From: Octopus sinensis
Lineage: Eukaryota
Direction: 5' to 3'
Assembly (NCBI RefSeq): GCF_006345805.1
Contig: NC_043003.1
Coordinates: 7,812,001 to 7,876,000 of the forward strand
Length of the DNA stretch: 64,000 nt
Below, one piece after another: positions 38,249-51,852 of this stretch; positions within the stretch are counted from its first letter, which is position 1; each line of letters begins with the position of its first letter. A program made the translations under genes and the position numbers. The notes under the pieces were generated by a model, which was given only the letters and a program-made list of their open reading frames with translations, made no database searches and was not told the DNA's origin.

Positions 38249-40650
38249 ACGCTCCCATGCGCACACGGTAAGCTAGTTCAGCTGCTCAATGGAATTATGA
38301 GAGACCCAAAGAAAACACCTGAATGGTTAGCAAGTGGCATCACTTACCTACTCACAAAGAATAACGAAACCAACCTTCCAAAAAACTATCGGCCTATAAC
38401 CTGTCTATCCACCACGTATAAAATCCTAACATCTATCCTGGCGGAGAAAACATATGCATTCATGGAGAAGAACGATATTTTCCCCATTGAACAAAAAGGG
38501 TGTCGCCGAGGCTCTTACGGATGCAAAGATCAACTGCTAATCAATCGTATGATCCTTGAGAACTGTCACAACAAGCGCAGAAATCTCAGCACCGCATGGA
38601 TTGACTATAAAAAGGCCTTCGACAGTATACCGCATCCATGGATCTTGAGATCGCTGGACATCTTCAAAATTTCCCCTGTGATTTCAAACTGCCTGAAGCA
38701 CAATATGTCGTTGTGGAATACGAATCTCCAATTATACCACTCTAATGGAGTACTTGCCTCAGAAAATATAAACATCAACTGTGGAATTTTTCAAGGTGAC
38801 TCACTTTCACCTTTAATATTCTGCATAGCCCTAATACCCCTTACAAATGAATTAAACAGAACAGGGTATGGGTATAAAATTGCCAATAAAAAAATAAGCC
38901 ATCTAATTTATATGGATGACTTAAAACTTTATGGTAAAGACAATAATATACTTGAAGGCCTATTGCGCACCGTGAAAGCATTCAGCGATGACATCGGGAT
39001 GGAGTTTGGACTTGAGAAGTGTGCCAAGGCCACTTTCCAGAAAGGGAAAGTGAAGACCACAAATTCAGTCGTGTTAGATGTTGACACAGTCATAAGAGAG
39101 CTTGAGCAAGATCAAACATACAAATATTTAGGGATAAATGAAGGCTCTGGTATTCAGCATGCAAGCATGAAAGAGAAAATCAGGAAGGAATGTTATAGGA
39201 GAGTTCGTGCAGTCCTGAATCTGAACTAAATGCACGTAACAAGGTGTTAGCTATAAATTCCTTAGCAGTTCCAGTTGTTACTTATAGCTACAATGTGTTG
39301 AACTGGAATATGAGTGAAGTAAAGAATATAGATAGGAAAATACGCAAGCTGCTGAGTTGTAATAGGATGCACCACCCAAAGGCAGACGTAGATCGCCTTT
39401 ACCTTCCCAGAGCCCAAGGAGGTCGAGGCCTATCCAATTTGAACTAGCTTACAAAACAACCACAATTGGACTGGCCAAATATCTCGAAATATCGAATGAC
39501 TGCATGCTAAAGCTCGTGGAAAATCACGAGAGACGAAAGAAGCTTCATTCTATCATAAAGGAAAGCAAAAAATTTGCTATTGATCTCGTGCAGGATACCC
39601 AAACTGAACAACCCGAGGGAAGTACGGCAACTATTGTTGCAAAGAAGGTGAAAATGATGGCAATGAAGAAAGCGCACGAGCAATTGGCTGATAGGTGGGA
39701 GGAGAAACCTCTGCACGGCAAATATGTGACCCGCAGCAAACAAGCTGATGTTGACCAGAAGCAAACCCATCAGTGGCTACGGAGCTCAGGGCTAAAAGCA
39801 GAGAGCGAAGGTTTCATCCTGGCTGCTCAAGATCAAAGCCTATTAACCCGGAACTACCAGGCCAATGTGATGAAAAATGGAGCAGACCCAAAATGCCGAT
39901 TCTGCAACGACATGATTGAAACAGTGGACCACCTAATCTCTGGATGTAAAGTCTTAGCACCAGTGGAGTATAAATTAAGACATGACAGAGTTGGCCAATA
40001 TCTCCACTGGCTAATAAGTCGGCATTACAATATCAAAACTGCCGACAAGTGGTATAATCACCACCCTGAGGCTGTAACTGAAGGAGAAAATGTAACCATT
40101 CTGTGGGACTTTCCAGTACATACAGACCGAACCATCAAGGCCAATAAACCAGATATTGTTGTGAAAGACCAAAACAATAAAGTTTGCTTATTGATCGACA
40201 TGAGCATCCCCTGTGATCATAATATCTCAGCGAAAGAGTTTGACAAGCTCAGAAAATATAAAGACCTACTCATTGAAATTGAGAAAATGTGGCATCTCAA
40301 GGCGGTACAATATCAGTGATCGTAGGAGCACTAGGAATGATCAAGAAGGGAACCGAAAATTATATGAGAATGATCCCTGGCTTACCATCCCTACAAGAAG
40401 TGCAAAAGATTGTCTTAACTGGTACATCACACGTATTGAGAAGAGCATTGTCGATGTGAGAACTGTTGCTGCTCATGTATTTTAATTGAAATTAAAAAAA
40501 AAAAAAAAAAAATGAACGAACTACTGAGTTGTTTAATGGCCTACCAATGTGTACTATGAGTTTCTTTGCCCTAGGAGTCGGAAGACACTCGGCAAGAAAT
40601 GGAAGCAAATTGAGAGAGAAGAAAAAAAAAGGAAATAAATAATAATAATG
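38249..40650 (+). mobile_element. Young 5'-truncated R4/Dong-clade LINE (RT, CCHC, RLE)
   Basis: NYRPITCLSTTYKILT, WIDYKKAFDSIPH, GIFQGDSLSPL, HLIYMDDLKLY; CRFCNDMIETVDHLISGC, RHDRVG, KPDIVVKD..LIDMSIP, KYKDL. A few 1-bp frameshifts; (AAT)n upstream and aataataat at the end. Confidence 0.93.
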
Positions 40651-41581
40651 AGAAGAAGAAGATTTTTTATCATCCACTAAGGATTCACAAAAATATTGAA
40701 GCCCGTACATGACGAAACAATGAGGACTTGCATAAAAGATCGTGTAAAAAGAAGGATAATAAGGAAAAGTATCTTTATTAATATAACTACAACTACGACG
40801 ACGACGACGACCACCACCACCACCACCACCTCCATCACAGTCACCACCACCACCACCATCACGGGGACCATCATGACTACGACTATTATTTTGCCTTCTT
40901 AATCTGTTTTATCATCTCGCATTTCCTTGTTTACGATTCTTTCACTCGGCTTTTGAAAAACATTGGTATTCACACTTAGATTTTTGCCAATTCATTCACT
41001 CAGGTTTTTTTATAATACTCAAAGATGTTTTCTAAAGGCAGAACCAAAACAGTTCTTTCCAGCTTTTGTCGTATTATGTTTGGACATTTGAAGAATCTAC
41101 GAAAGCTACTAACAAAATTAAAACTACAACTATTTATATATTGACTACGGAAGGGTGCTTTCAATTTTGACTCAAACTTCTCATCAAATTATACTATCAG
41201 CGATAAAGTGAGAGATACTAACAGCCTGAAGTACATATCGTTAGACGTAGACAAATATAGGTATATCATATACCATAAAAAAATCCTTGACTACGCTGAG
41301 TTACTTCCCTTAGCGCATTTTTGGTTAAATTGTGCAAATTATAAAGTCCACAAATGTGTGAGATTTTTCCATTTTTTCTTTATAAATACTAAGTCCCTGC
41401 TAGTGAGGATTAGGTCGGACAATTATACTGCTGATGGCTATTGAGCCAGAAACACATGTCAACGACGGTTCCCTTATTTTCAGAGAATAAGTTTATCTTA
41501 GTCGAAAGGTCTTCGACTAAGGAGAAAAACTGGAGATAAGTCTGGACAATTGTCGGGTTGATGACGGTTATTGAGGCAGAA

Positions 41582-41975
41582 TAAAAGGCGTCGAGCTGGC
41601 AGAATCGTTAGCACGCCGGGCGAAATGCTGAGTGGTATTTCGTCTGCCGTTACGTTCTGAGTTCAACTTACACCGAGGTCGACTTTGCCTTTCATCCTTT
41701 CGGGGTCGATAAAATAAAGTACCAGTTACGCACTGGGGTCGATGTAATCGACTTAATCCGTTTGTCTGTCCTTGTTTCTCGCCTCTGTGTGTAGCCCCTT
41801 GGGAGTAGTACAGAAATAGGTATTTCGTCTGCTGCTAAGTTCTGAGTTCAAATTCTGCCGAGGTCGACTTTGCCTTTCATCCTTTCGGGGTCGATTAAAT
41901 AAGTACCAGCTACGCTCAGGGGTTGATATAATCGACTTAATCCGTTTGTCTGTCCTTGTGGGTAGTAAAGGAATA
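41582..41975 (+). mobile_element. SINE family M dimer with 16-bp TSD
   Basis: GGTTATTGAGGCAGAA at 41566-41581 and 41976-41991; both units end in tail A (the second is internally deleted). Confidence 0.92.
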
Positions 41976-43289
41976 GGTTATTGAGGCAGAAATACATGTT
42001 TAGTACTGTCTTCTTATCTCCAGACAATAACCCAGTCCTTTTCCTTAATGCCATGTCAATTTTGGAGAATACTGGAATCTTGAGTTTATCTCCTGTTCTC
42101 AAGAGGAGCTGGTCTTAATTGCCACTTGGTAATTATGCTACAACCTCTAGAGGTGGAGATGATTTCAATAAATCAAAAATTTATGCTGTGTGATCGTAGC
42201 TATACTTCTATTTGTATATGTTGTACAATTATATGTCACTCACCCCCAAATTATTTTTCTTGGCTCATTTATATTTAAATCATGTCATTAGTCACTTGAC
42301 TAAAGAGTCGTCGGGTTTTAATGCCACGAGTTGCTTTGCGTTGTGTCTGGGTAAATGTATTAATGCCTCCCCTCCCCCACTTCCAAAGAATTGATAGAGA
42401 CGAAACAAAACAAGCTCAAAGTGATCCACCAACTAGAAACTGATGGTTAATTTAGTGGTTTACAATGTCAGATTTTACTTATTACGAAATAAAATAACTA
42501 TTTTCTGGTAGAAAAAAAGTAGTCAAAATTATCTGATTATTTCTGTTGCTTATAATATCATTCGCAGATAAAAGAATAAAAAACGACAATATTTCAAATG
42601 GAATTTGAAATAAGAGATAATTCTACAACACAGTTCACAGAGATACTACCTCTCCCCTACATTTCGACACAATTTATTTTAAAATCTGTTACAACAAGAC
42701 TAAATTAACAACAAATAATATAAAACAAACTGTTTGATTATTCAGTAAGTTATGTTATTTTTTTCTTTTTAATGTCTTGTATTTATTTTCTGTTCTTCGT
42801 ATTTACCAAACTAGATTCAGCCGAGAATAAATATCTCTTGGACTCACGTTTAAATCCTTCGTCGCAACGTGTATTTATCTCCAATTTCAAGAAACCTGGC
42901 ATTATACAATGGACCCTATTAAATTCCAGTCATTCATAAATCACCGTGTACAGTTGGAATTTGAGTATTAAATAACAAGTAAAAAAAAAATATAATGTAA
43001 ACCAAAGCCAGGAATTGGAGTTGATTCCAAGTTGACTTTAATTCTATTTATCTCACTGATGATTATGCTCAAGCTTTGTGTGCTATTAGTTTCTTATTCC
43101 TGTAATTTGAAAAAAAATTTTTTTTTTTGAAAATACGTTTATTTCCAAGACGCCAGCATTACAACGTTTCTTCATAATCTCAGAACACAATGACACAGTC
43201 AACAATAAAACGTTATTCAACGCCGCAATTTAATAACACTTTTTCCAATACGAAAATAACTCTATATTATGCTTTTCCAAACAATAATG

Positions 43290-43351
<62 letters not shown>

Positions 43352-43352
<1 letters not shown>

Positions 43353-43820
43353 TAGTTTTATTTTTATAGCGTGCTTTCACTTCACTACCGAGCGCAGCTC
43401 TGTGTGCCTTGGGTTTGTGCTGTGATTTGTTGTGATGCTCTGATGGTTATTGTATGGAAAGTGTTCTGCGTAGGATGTGTGCAGTGCCTAGTAGTGTAAT
43501 TTTCTGTATGTTATATGTGTTTGTAAGTCCTGGTGTTTTTGTTATGTATTTGTCTGAATATTTTTTTATCATGCCTAATGCACCTACTATGATAGGAATT
43601 GTTTCTGTTTTCAGATTCCACATTCTAGTTACCTCTATTTCCAGGTCTTTGTATTTTGAGAGTTTCTCCATTTCTTTTAGAGACACGTTGTCATCTGAGA
43701 CACGTTGTCAATTAGAAAGCATTTTTTTTCTTCATGATCTCTGACAACTATGTCTGGTCTGTTGGCCTCTCTCTTCAAATTTTCTTCCGTTTCTCGCCGA
43801 GTGTTTTCCGTAAACCTAGA
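43352..43820 (-). mobile_element. 5'-truncated R4/Dong copy
   Basis: RPDIVVRDHEEKKCFLID, KLSKYKDLEIEVTRMWNLKTETIPIIVGALGMIKK; the tail runs into (AAT)n on the element strand. Confidence 0.88.
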
Positions 43821-43851
43821 GCAGAGAAGATCATTCTGCCAGCTCACCGCC

Positions 43852-43916
<65 letters not shown>

Positions 43917-44471
43917 TGTCCAGATGCAGTACCAGGCAGTGGCTCTCATGGCTTCTGATCTTAACTGATTGCAAGTGTTATCATGTACATTGTTTTGTCT
44001 TGGTATAAAAGATGGGCCACAGCAAATATTCTGCTCAATACCACAGATTTGCTTGTCAGTTGTTTGACCATAACCTGTTGAGCATGTCCCTTAGTGGCTG
44101 ATGATATGTGCATCTCTGATCACGAGCAGAAGTAGTGAGGGAGCATCACAGCTATGTGTTGAGAGGGATTCTTTGGGGTTTGAATAATTCACCTTTGGAA
44201 ACAGGGGTGTTTCGTTCAACATCCTTAAACAACCCTTATTCAGGGATCTTTTGTGCGGGATGGGCTACTCGACCAGAACAAAATTCTAACTGGGCCCCAC
44301 CTACAAGGTCATGTGCTGTTTGTCTTGATATGAGATCACCATGCCGCACACATATGGTTGTGATGCATGTGCCTAGTGTACCCTTATCAGACGGGTAGTC
44401 AAGATGGGTATACTGGGCTTCGTATATTTTACCCCAGTGTCACTTTGATGGCATGCACTGCTCTCTCACTC
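43917..44471 (+). mobile_element. Unclassified ~555-bp non-coding element, copy 2, embedded in (AAT)n
   Basis: Same termini as copy 1; pure (AAT)n on both sides. Confidence 0.85.
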
Positions 44472-44519
<48 letters not shown>

Positions 44520-45285
44520 TATCCTTTCTACTATAGACACAAAGCCTGAAATTTTGGTGAGGGGACTAGTGGATTACCTCGACCCCAGGTTTTCTCCGGT
44601 ACTTTATTTATCGATCCTGAAACGACGAAAGTCAAAATAATGATTGATATTTTTTGGCAGATGCGAAGAACAACTTCGCCTTTACGATGAATGTGTTTTC
44701 GCAACACACACAACGTTTTAGTAGAAGAGATTCTGGTGGGCTGGTGTGTTGACATGTCTTTCGTCAGCCACTCATATTCCCAGACCTGTTAATCTGACAA
44801 TAGCCGATTATCTGTAGTGCGGTTCTCCCCTCCACCTTCTCTCTCTCATTTCTGCCTATATTTTCATTAAAGGCTGAGGGTCTTTTATATTCCACATCCA
44901 GTTTATCCTTCTGTATTTGTCTCCTGTTTTATTTGCTTCGATTCAAATGTTCTTATACGAGTAGTTCAAAGCCGTATCCACTTTCATTTATAATTACTGC
45001 AATGTCAGGATTCATTAATTGGATTAACCAGAATGATGCTCATGCCACGAGATTTTCCCAAGACTACGATGACCATCTTCTTTTATCTTAGACTGCGGCC
45101 AAGCTGGAGCACCACACTGGAGAGTGCAATCGAACAAAATCCACACTAGTGCTTATTTTTCGTATCAATTTTGGTTCTTTTTCTATCGACATCTTTTGCC
45201 CCGAACCATTAAATTACAAAAACATAAACAAACCAACACCAGTTGTGAAACGATGAGGTGAACAGCTACACAGAGACACACACAT

Positions 45286-45409
<124 letters not shown>

Positions 45410-45574
45410 TGTATGTATGTATGTATGTATGTATGTATGTATGAATGTATGTATAAAGTTAAATGAAGAGAAAAAAATGGAGATAAGGAAGTTAACAATT
45501 ATTTATTATTAACAAATTGGCCATCTTCGCTTCTTACAGCCGTTTCAATTAATTCTCAATAATTTAACTACATA

Positions 45575-45961
45575 TCTCTATATATATAAAGTTGAAGTTG
45601 TCTGTGTATGGCAGGTTTGGTAGCCTTCAACTAACACTATCCCCTCCGAGACCCTGCGGCGCAAGTTCACCACAATTCAGAGTATGATAGAAGAAGGCTT
45701 GCTCTTCCTTCCGTACAAGAAAATATTCAAATTGGACCATGTTAACATCAAAAATTATTTACATCAAAAAGGTGCTTCTATGAAAATCCCTATTTTAAAC
45801 GATTTTTTGATTGCTGTGTCGCCATTTTTCGGTGTATTTCAAATAGAAAAACGTTCACTTAAAAAGAATAACAAGCTACATAATGCAAAACTTTCACTTT
45901 TCAAAAATTCCAATTCTAAAGGGTCGAAACAAACTCGATCAACGCCGGGCGATACTGCTAG
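45575..45961 (+). mobile_element. Non-autonomous Helitron
   Basis: A|TCTCTATATATATAAAG start, subterminal GC-rich caacgccgggcg, CTAG|T end; second copy at 51853-52250. Confidence 0.8.
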
Positions 45962-46278
45962 TCGTATATAAAGGGGTAGTATAAGACATGGACTAAGAAA
46001 ATCGAGTAACACTTGATGTAACTATCATGACACGGTAATCTGATGACTCGATAGTCTTGTATGCTGAAAGAAATAGTGCATGAAAAAGTTTCCGAAACGG
46101 GCGTAATCATATAGAAGTCACGTGGTAAGATGAATATCTCCAAATTGATGTTTATATAAATGTTTATATATATGTGTGACTGTGTGTATGTGTGTTTGTA
46201 TGTGTGTGTGTTTGTGTGTGCGTGCATGTATATGTGTGTGGGTGTCTATGTATGTATCTGTGTATTTTTATATATATT

Positions 46279-46441
46279 AGGCGCAGAAGTGGCTGTGTGG
46301 CAAGAAGCTTGCTTACTAACCACATAGTTCCTGGTTCAGTCTCATTCCGAGGCACCTTGGGCAAGTGTCTTATGTATAGCGTCGGTCCGAAAAAAGCCTT
46401 GTGAGTGGATTTGGTAGACGAAAACTGAAAGAAAGCTGTCG

Positions 46442-46504
<63 letters not shown>

Positions 46505-46762
46505 TGTGTGTGTGTGTATGTGTGTGTGTGTGTGTGTGTCTGTGTCTGTGTCTGTGTGTCTGTGCTTGTCCCCCACCATCGCTTGACAACTGACGTTGGT
46601 GTATTTATGTCTCCGTAAATTAGCGTTTAGGCACAAGAGACGGATAGAATAATTTCTAGGCTTACAAAGGATAAGTCCTGGGGTCAATTTGTTCGGCTAA
46701 AACGGTGCTCCAGCATGAACAGTGAAGTGACTGAAACAAGTAAAGGAGTAAAAGAGTAAAAG
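46279..46762 (+). mobile_element. SINE family C with expanded internal (TG)n
   Basis: Same architecture as 16175-16562. Confidence 0.85.
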
Positions 46763-47103
46763 ATTATAAAATCGTTAATAATAAAGAGTATGGTGACTTG
46801 TTCATCCACAAAATTTATTTTACAACCTTATACAGCATATCATAATGACCTACACATGTTTCCATTGCGCACACTACTGGCGGTTGCACATGCAACCTGA
46901 CAATGTTATCTGAGTAGCTTCTTCGGGGTCTATCCATTTGATCAGTCTCGAAGTCAACTGAGTGGAATGACTGATGACAAATTGTAGTCACAGACCGTTA
47001 AATATTGATGGAAGTGGGTGGCCATAAACTGGAATTTAAGTGTGAAACAATGCGGTATCCTCCGGATAATATATCCCTCCCAACTCACAAACACAGATGT
47101 GTG

Positions 47104-47170
<67 letters not shown>

Positions 47171-47171
47171 T

Positions 47172-47255
<84 letters not shown>

Positions 47256-48265
47256 CAGTCAAAGTTGAAAGAAAAATTTTTTAAAAGAAAATTCTTCTTT
47301 TTTTCTTCTTCTTCTCTGCCAAGCTTCAGAATTTTCCCCTCTGCCAGTTCAGGGACTTCTTCTTTCTCTCCACCACCTCCTTCCTTACTTTACTACTATT
47401 GCTGTTTAGAATAACACCTACGCACGCCAATATTATAATCAATACATTCAAAAGAGATGTCTCAAGAATTCAATCACTACTACCACCCACAACAAGTCAC
47501 TTTCAGGGCACCTGACCATCTAACATCCTACTATTATCATGGCACTCCCCCAATCTTCTTCTTCTTCTTCTTCTTCTTCTTCTTCTTCTTCTTCTTCTTC
47601 TCTTCTTCTTCTTCTTCTTCTTCTTCTTCTTTGCCAAGAATACACAACGATCTCGAACCCAAAGGAGTAAACAAGAGAGACAGAGACAGGCACAAACAAG
47701 GAAAACGTCCCTTGTATTTGAATACTATGCAAATATTCTCTTAAAAAAACTTTTGTTCTAACTTTTCCAAAAATTTAATTGTTTTCCATACTTACAGTTG
47801 AAAAAGTCTCAATGGCTGAAACCGGTACTGAAATGTTTTTTATGATAAAATAATTTTAGCATTTTCTACCTTGACTTTCTTCCATATATATCAACTCATG
47901 TGTTCCTTTTCAACCTTCAACATATATATATTATATAGGGGTCATTATTACACATAAATGCCACACGCTAGGAGGGACTCTTAAAGTCAAGACTACTAAA
48001 ATAAATAAATATATCGCACCGAACGAAACTTTCGAAGCAAGACATTTAAAAACAGAATTTAGCTCCATGTTACCTGTGATTTCGTAATCAGTGCAGTGTT
48101 TTTCATGCTAACTACTTGATAAATTCTTATGAAGATTTTATCCTATTTTTAAATATATATATATATAATTTTGAATATATATATACATACATACATACAT
48201 ACATACATACATACATACATACATACTACATACATACATACATACATACATACATACATACATAC

Positions 48266-48316
<51 letters not shown>

Positions 48317-48870
48317 CATACAATGGACTTCCACATAATTTCCGTGTTTCAAGATCATTCGCATCGATCTGCCTGGTGCAATAGTAGAAGACGCTTCAAC
48401 CAAGTGCTGCGTGGTGGTACAGAACCCCAAACCATTTAGTTCCAAGGCAAGCTTTTTAAACATACACCCGTTCAGCCCACGACAGCTCTGCTTGAGCAGT
48501 TCCAGAATCCAAGATGTTTTGGCAACGAAAGTCATGGCTTTAATCTTGCACTGTATATCGAGAAATCTATTATCCAAATTATTCTTCCATTTCTAAAGAG
48601 AGCGTAATGTAAATCGAGTAAGATTGGATTACTAGTTCGATCAGCGTGAGATGCTTCCTCGTTTGCGTGTCATCATTACCATAATCAAGAGATTCTTAAT
48701 TTTCTGATAAACCTTGACAATAATATTGGATCAATAATTTTTAATCTCTTTGTCTCTTTGTATCTCTGATTTACCATGTCAAAAACCTAAGGTCCCTCGA
48801 TAATCCATTCATATATTCTGCTCTGTGTGGTTTAATGCAATGTCTTTTTTGTTGGTTATATATGATGCCA

Positions 48871-49255
48871 GTGGAGGCGCAATGGCTCAGCAGTTAGGGC
48901 AGCGGACTCGCGGTCGTAGGATCGCAGTTTCGATTCCCAGGCCGGGCGTTGTGAGTGACGTTGAGCGAAAACGCATAAGGCCTCACGAGGCTCCGGCAGG
49001 TGGGGGGGGGGGGCGAAACCTGCTGTACTCTTTCAGCACAACTTTCTCTCACTTTTTCTTCCTGTTTCTGTTGTACCTGTATTTCTAAGGGCCAGCCTTG
49101 TCACACTCTGTGTCACGCTGAATCTCTCCGAGAACTACGTCAAGGGTACATGTAGCTGTGGAGTGCTCAGCCACTTGCACGTTAATTTCACGAGCAGGCT
49201 GTTCCGTTGATCGGAACAACTGGAACCCTCGTCGCAACCGACGGAGGGCCACCAG
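48871..49255 (+). mobile_element. SINE family R, full length
   Basis: Colinear with 20982-21364; near-TSD tat(g/a)atgccag. Confidence 0.85.
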
Positions 49256-49271
49256 TATAATGCCAGCATGA

Positions 49272-49660
49272 AGGCGGCGAGTTGGCAAATTCGTTAGCAG
49301 GCCGACAAAATGCTTAGCGGTATTTCGTTTGCCGTTATGTTCTGAGTTCAAATTCTGCCGAGGTCGACTTTGCCTTTCATCCTTTCGGGGTCGATAAATT
49401 AAGTACCAATTACGCACTGGGGTCGATGTAATCGACTTAATCCGTTTGTATGTCCTTGTTTATCCCCTCTATGTTTAGCCCCTTGTGGGTAGTAAAGAAA
49501 TAGGTTTTTCGTCCGCCTTTACGTTCTGAGTTCCAATTCCACAGAAGTTGACTTTGACTTTCGTTCTATCAGGGTCGATAAAATAAGTACCACTTGAGCA
49601 ATGGGGTCAATGAAGTCAAATTACCCCTTCCACAACATTGCTGATCTTGTGGAAAAATTC
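49272..49660 (+). mobile_element. SINE family M dimer
   Basis: Junction aaagaaata|ggtttttcg into an older unit at ~49502. Confidence 0.85.
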
Positions 49661-49769
49661 GAAACCTCACCAATATCGACATAACTTCCCGTAAATGAAA
49701 GCACCAAATCTGATCTGTTATGCTTGTGTGTGTATGCATGCATATATTTTGCCGTATTCTTTCGATAAA

Positions 49770-50530
49770 GGGAGACCTTCTGACTCTTTTCAAGGTTGCT
49801 TTGGCACATTTTTCTGAGGAAAACTTCAAGCTTTATTTCTTTGGTAAATCCATTTACTGTCTCTAGTAATGTTTCCAGTTATTTATCATTTGTAGCGTAC
49901 AGTTTTTGCTCATCCGTGTACAAGAGACGGCTGATTGTTTTCCGTAACAGTCATATCTACATCCAGTTCTGATTTCATTATCCAATTATTTTTCAGAACG
50001 GTAAGATGTGATTTAAGAGAGAGATTTAGATGTGTTATATCCAACACGTCGAACGACGACGTAGTGGCTCCGTTGGTTTGTGAAGGCTATAGTTATTATT
50101 GAACACCAAGTTTAATCTGATAAAGTTGGCTTGTAATCAAAAACCTTCCAGCCATGCCCATAATCTTTTTCCGGCACAGTGTACTAAGATTCTAAGACGG
50201 GAGCGTGAGATTTAATGAAGAATTGACTGCTCTTTCTAGCAGGTCGTACACTGACGCTTGTGTGAAATATAGTCATTAGATGTCTCCACCTTATAAAGCG
50301 GATCTGTTATCAATGGTGTTCTAGTCGTGACCATCACGTGACCATGTCAGGTAAAGTTATCGGTGCCACGCAGAAAAGGAGTGGAAAGAGCTTGTTTCCA
50401 TGGAATATCCCTCTTCTAACGGGAATGGCTTTGATTTTTATGAGTCTCCCTTTTGTCTGGAGCACTCTCTGTTGTAGCAATGTCAACCGTTTATTTATGG
50501 AATGTTTTATGTATTTTATGATTATTAGTG
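49770..50530 (-). mobile_element. Highly degraded R4/Dong RT fragment with an internal insertion
   Basis: IPVRRGIFHGNKLFPLLFCVA (50530-50340) and SRLLYTDEQKLYATNDK..LETV (49950-49780). Confidence 0.7.
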
Positions 50531-50544
50531 CTACCATGTTATTA

Positions 50545-50635
<91 letters not shown>

Positions 50636-50664
50636 GTTGTTGTTGTTGTTGCTGTTATTTTGGT

Positions 50665-50830
50665 TTGACTGAGGTTCGGTCTTATTCCTGGTAGGAATTA
50701 TTGGGCAGCGAGTTACTACCTGTAACATTGGGTATCCACAAGTTTTCAGCAGTCTTTCGAGTGCTTAGAACCTTCCTGAATCCTTGCTGTCTCTAAGAGA
50801 CAAACTATCTGTAGGTGTTCTGCCGGACAT
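50665..50830 (-). mobile_element. Very short R4/Dong 3' end between trinucleotide tracts
   Basis: Minus strand ...RKVLST-like C-terminus; 3' UTR ending gaataagaccgaa resembles the ends of other copies (e.g. ~38150). Confidence 0.55.
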
Positions 50831-50875
50831 TCTATTACATTCTATTATTATTATTATTATTATTATTACTACTAA

Positions 50876-50920
<45 letters not shown>

Positions 50921-51493
50921 CTCCGCCTCGCTAATGTGGAGGTATTGTTTTCAGTCGTGCTTGTTTATTTGTGCGTTGACAAGACAGCTTAAGAAGCGTT
51001 GGGTGGATTCGGATGAAACTTTCAGGCATGTTTGGCCTCATGACTGACACGAACTGATTATATTTGGGGATCAATCCTGGGCCGGACAAGGATTCTGGAT
51101 TATTTGTTATATTTACTTTACATGAAGTATTATGATCTTACGTTCACTTTCAAGTCTTTCTCTGATTATCTCCCTTGAAAGAACGCTCGTGGTTTCCACG
51201 TACGTTATGGCGGCGTTGCTGGTTCCAAAGTTTTGTTTTCGTTTCTCTATTATTAATTTTACTCTCGTCTCTATCTTTGTAATAACTGAAAGATAAAGAA
51301 AGCAAACTAGATAAACAAACGGCAGCAAAACCGTTCAAAATTAAATGACATTAACATATTCAGTAACAATGATAAATTTAATTTATCCTCGACAATTTTT
51401 AGTTTTACCAATTTTGAATATATCGCTCCTGTTTAAAACCTCTTACCTATTCGACAACTGCATTTCTAGCTCTGCCTTGAAGGAAGCTTTACT

Positions 51494-51670
51494 TCTTGGA
51501 TTCACGTTTCTGTGTGCAACGATGTTGTTAAACTTCCGTTAACAGCACCGTATGCAGGTCCTTTCCGTCTTCCTTCACGCACGCATAAATTTTTCACTAT
51601 AGACTTTAATGGTCGTAAAAACACTATGTCGGTGGATAGACTAAAAAAGGACCTTCATAGAGAAAACTGA
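51494..51670 (+). pseudogene. Ty3/Gypsy integrase C-terminal (GPY/F) remnant
   Basis: SWIHVSVCNDVVKLPLTAPYAGPFRLPSRTHKFFTIDFNGRKNTMSVDRLKK, matching the PYxGPF...IDxNG..SVDRLK pattern. Not in the ORF track. Confidence 0.8.
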
Positions 51671-51852
51671 CCCTGTTCCCACTGCAGACGACACACACAC
51701 ACATTACAAACACGGCCCGCACACCCACCTTCACATTCCAAGCCTATTATTGGGATCGATCAGTTACCGGACAAGGATTCTGGATTATTTTTCTGTTTTT
51801 TTTTGTTTTTTTTAACATTCTCGTTTGTGAGAGCAGTCGAGTTTATTTCAGA

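Noticed and set aside
47795-47830. GAAACCGGTACTG hammerhead-like remnant (also 46845-46930, minus strand)
   Set aside because: 5' catalytic core missing or too degenerate to support a call.
50917-51110. Helentron/HINE-like fragment (cctccgcc..ggagg start; partial echo at 51750-51800)
   Set aside because: Resemblance from memory only; termini not definable.
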